A stretch of DNA of 64,000 nucleotides, taken from the NCBI GenBank assembly GCA_963816145.1, contig CAWFJP010000005.1:347109-411108 (forward strand), given 5' to 3'. Below the pieces are notes generated by a model. The model ran no database searches and was not told the DNA's origin. It was given only the letters and a program-made list of their open reading frames with translations. Each line of letters begins with the position of its first letter. Positions within the stretch are counted from its first letter, which is position 1. A program made the translations under genes and the position numbers. Positions 61,360 to 64,000 of the stretch are shown piece after piece. This DNA comes from an uncultured delta proteobacterium (GTDB lineage Bacteria > Desulfobacterota > Binatia > UBA9968).

Positions 61360-62755
61360 TTACTGCGCGCTCAGGTTTGACGGCGACGTCGGTACAGACG
61401 ACGTTGTGACGAGAAGATGAAGAAGTGCTGGTGGTGCTTCGACATTCACTGGGTATCGGCCCGAAAATCTCTTCCATCGTTCGCGTCACATCGACGGGAG
61501 TTTTCCCTGCTGCCTTCATGGCATCGATGATGCGCTGATTCATCGGCCACGGCCACAGCGGGTCGCTGGTCAGTGTCCCGTTCACGTACCGCTTGCAGAC
61601 CCGCGCGCCATTGCGAGCCGACGACCGTTCCAGATGTTGGGAGCCGCGCCTACTGTATCCACGTCCACGCGGTTGACCGTCCAACCATTGGGCAAGTGGT
61701 GCTGATGATCGATGCTGCGCCACCGATCTCAGTGACGTTGGTGAAGCGACGATTGCATACGGGCAGGTCGCAAGTCCAATGAACCGCGTCGAACTATAGC
61801 CGAATACGGCGTCGACTCGTGTGAGTACCAGGCTCGATATAGCTCACAACGTCCTTGAACTCGAAACAGTCCACAGCCTGCGAACCTAGACACCAGCTAA
61901 GATCCAGCCATTCTGAGCGTCAGCACCTGGAGATACGCTATCGAACCAAGATATTTCGAATTGCTGCACTCATTCGATTTGATTTGTGCCATCCATTCGC
62001 CAAAATCCCGTAGGGCTGATCTACGGTAGTACCGCCCATTCTGTCTCGTCCCAAGTGCCGATACATTTTCAAAAGTTGCGTATTGACGCTATTATACATG
62101 ACTGTGTAAACCATTTTCGGGCCGGTGTAGACATTTTCGTTCCCACCACCCCAAGCACGACGAATCGTGAGATTGCTGACGCTGAATAGTGATCGAAAAT
62201 TTTTCGTCCGTTGCCGAAGCCGCATACGTCTTCAAGTAGATTACCGGTGTTGTTAGCTGAGCGTGAACACCATGACAGTTGCCGTTGATCGGGCGCATCC
62301 CACGCGCACACGCGTCGAACAATGTTATTATCCGCTCCTGCGTATAAGCAGTATCACCGCGTCTGATCACTGATTGTGCGCATTGAATCCTTCGAGGATG
62401 AAATAGTCGTTGTTCTGGAGGTACGACCGGAACTGCGTACCCCACCGCCATTGATCCTGACGCTGCCGTCGTTTAATGCCTTAATCGTAATCCTGGCAGA
62501 TGCAGTGCCGTTCAAGTTTTGGGGCGGAGTAATCGTGTCCGTGTACACACCGTCCAGCAGGCAAAGCGTCTTTCCAGGACCGGCGACGCACCAGAAATTG
62601 GCAATTCTAAACGGAGAAGACTGGCTCAACCCGTTGCCGCCTCCGTTGGGCGAGGCGTAATAGTCGCACGCCATCGCATTTGTAGCAAAACCTTCCACCA
62701 GTAGTAGCGAACTGACGAGTACGGTCCAGATAATCATTTTGCCGACTGACTGCAT
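61360..62755 (-). CDS. Secreted parallel beta-helix-like protein, fragmented by multiple indels
   Basis: AAGGAG RBS, signal peptide, YYASPNG...PGKTLCLLDGVY...ITIKALNDG; RVCAWDA; C-terminal CKRYVNGTLTSDPLWPWPM. Confidence 0.65.
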
Positions 62756-62789
62756 TTCAATTCTCCTTTTATCCATGCGTTTCTTATTC

Positions 62790-63650
62790 TCAATAAAGGG
62801 CGATGGTGCCGCTTCTCGCTGCATCTCCCGCGCCGATATTACTGCTTTGTAAAAGTATACCACCGTTAACCGACCAAACTGAAGGTCCATTCGACGCGGT
62901 TTCGTCGATTATGGTCCAGCCGTTGAAGTTCCCGCCGTTGAAATTATCCCAGAGCAAGATGCTTGCCGTCTTCATATCTTCGACCATGATATTGTCGAAG
63001 TTCGCGCCCGTGTTCAAGTGAGAATATAACGCCACAGTGCCACCGCTCAAAGCGGAGTCGGTAACCGAGAAGACGAGTTGTCCATCGATCGACACCTGTA
63101 GCTTGGTTCCCTGCGCCACGATCGTCAACTGGTAGTTTTGGCCGATGACGTACGCGGCGGCGTCCGCGGCCATGGTGGTAAACGTCCCGTTTACCCGTTT
63201 TTCCAGGCGGCGAAAACCCGCCTGTTTGTCCCAGGAGAAGCGATAGTAGTTTTGATCGTCCTTGAAGCGAAACATCGCGCCGATCGTGTCGTCGTCCGTG
63301 GATCTCATCGTCAGCGAGAGCCGATAATCGGTCCAGTCGCCTTTGGTATAAAGCGCGAACGTGCCGACGCTGTTGTACGCGCTGACGCGATAGCAATAGG
63401 ATGCTCCTTCAACAACGTTTGAATCGGTGTAAGTCTGCACGTTAGTTCCGACCGTCGCGATCTGGCTATAGGTTCCTCCCGAAGGCATGCGCTCGATCTC
63501 AAATCCTGTTTCGACAGTCGACGTATCGCTCCAGTTCAACACCAGTGAAGCCGCGAGAGCTGGGGTCGCAACTGCTGCAGCAATTAATCCTAGCAGAACT
63601 GCGACTAGCGAGGTTTTACGCGTTAGCCATAACAAACTCTTGAAAGGCAT
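62790..63650 (-). CDS. Secreted protein: partial fibronectin type III plus ConA-like beta-sandwich domain
   Basis: Signal peptide; LNWSD...GFEIER...YTD...YCYRVSAYN; WTDY...DDDTIGAMFRF...NYYRF. Confidence 0.75.
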   Translation of the reverse strand: MPFKSLLWLTRKTSLVAVLLGLIAAAVATPALAASLVLNWSDTSTVETGFEIERMPSGGTYSQIATVGTNVQTYTDSNVVEGASYCYRVSAYNSVGTFALYTKGDWTDYRLSLTMRSTDDDTIGAMFRFKDDQNYYRFSWDKQAGFRRLEKRVNGTFTTMAADAAAYVIGQNYQLTIVAQGTKLQVSIDGQLVFSVTDSALSGGTVALYSHLNTGANFDNIMVEDMKTASILLWDNFNGGNFNGWTIIDETASNGPSVWSVNGGILLQSSNIGAGDAARSGTIALY

Positions 63651-63714
63651 CAGCGACCTCCATCTGTGCTGCTCATTAAGGAGCGATCACAGAGCTCAGG
63701 AGGTACTGCGCTCG

Positions 63715-63805
63715 CCAGGCAACCCTGCTACCGTATCCCGACTCTGCCGGGACTCAGACCAGTGGCTTTGCGTCCCACGTTTTCGCGTGGTTTGCCCTTA
63801 ACAGG
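63715..63805 (-). ncRNA. Cyclic di-GMP-I (GEMM-I) riboswitch
   Basis: Minus strand AAGGGCAAACCACGCGAAAACGTGGGACGCAAAGCCACTGGTCTGAG...GGTAGCAGGGTTGCC matches the Vc2-type core; 65 nt upstream of ATG 63650. Confidence 0.92.
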
Positions 63806-64000
63806 CTTTCGAATTCAGGTTTGCATGTGGGGTAAGCAACCTCTATGCCGCTGTAATTATGAAAAAAAATTGCCAACATGTCTTTAATATGTCCGCGTTC
63901 GTCCGCGCGATGACGCGCCGGCGATTCTCATATGACTGGAAAGTGCAGTAACAAAACCCTTCGGTGTGCAGGTTTGTGCGTTCGTTTCCTAATGTCCGGT

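Overview
Bacterial chromosomal window of fairly high GC. The orphan solute-binding proteins, amidohydrolase/VOC/cupin genes and heptamer-built palindromes suggest a deltaproteobacterial-like lineage such as Ca. Binatota; this is inference only. Layout: (1) 1-20 kb is accessory metabolism with five orphan ABC substrate-binding proteins and two small catabolic operons. It also holds a GrdE-like/GrdB-like reductase pair whose second gene is split in the ORF track by an in-frame TGA (9039-9041) that is very probably selenocysteine. A 17-nt SECIS-like hairpin lies 11 nt downstream, the usual UxxCxxC motif reads UxxSxxS, and no grdA/C/D lies in the window. An unannotated 20-aa CxxC/basic peptide gene with its own RBS and terminator is at 1329-1391. 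(2) 20-31 kb is housekeeping: SLT transglycosylase, CoxG, GT2, an SPL-family radical SAM enzyme, murI and a 1199-aa SecA carrying a ~280-aa helical insert. (3) 31-61 kb has two divergent sigma-54 two-component systems and a Wzy-type polysaccharide cluster with its own NusG/RfaH paralog and an ops-like site. (4) 61-64 kb is a convergent operon of two secreted proteins downstream of a c-di-GMP-I riboswitch. Many single-base indels after ~41 kb look like sequencing error. All calls come from motif recognition by eye; no searches were run.
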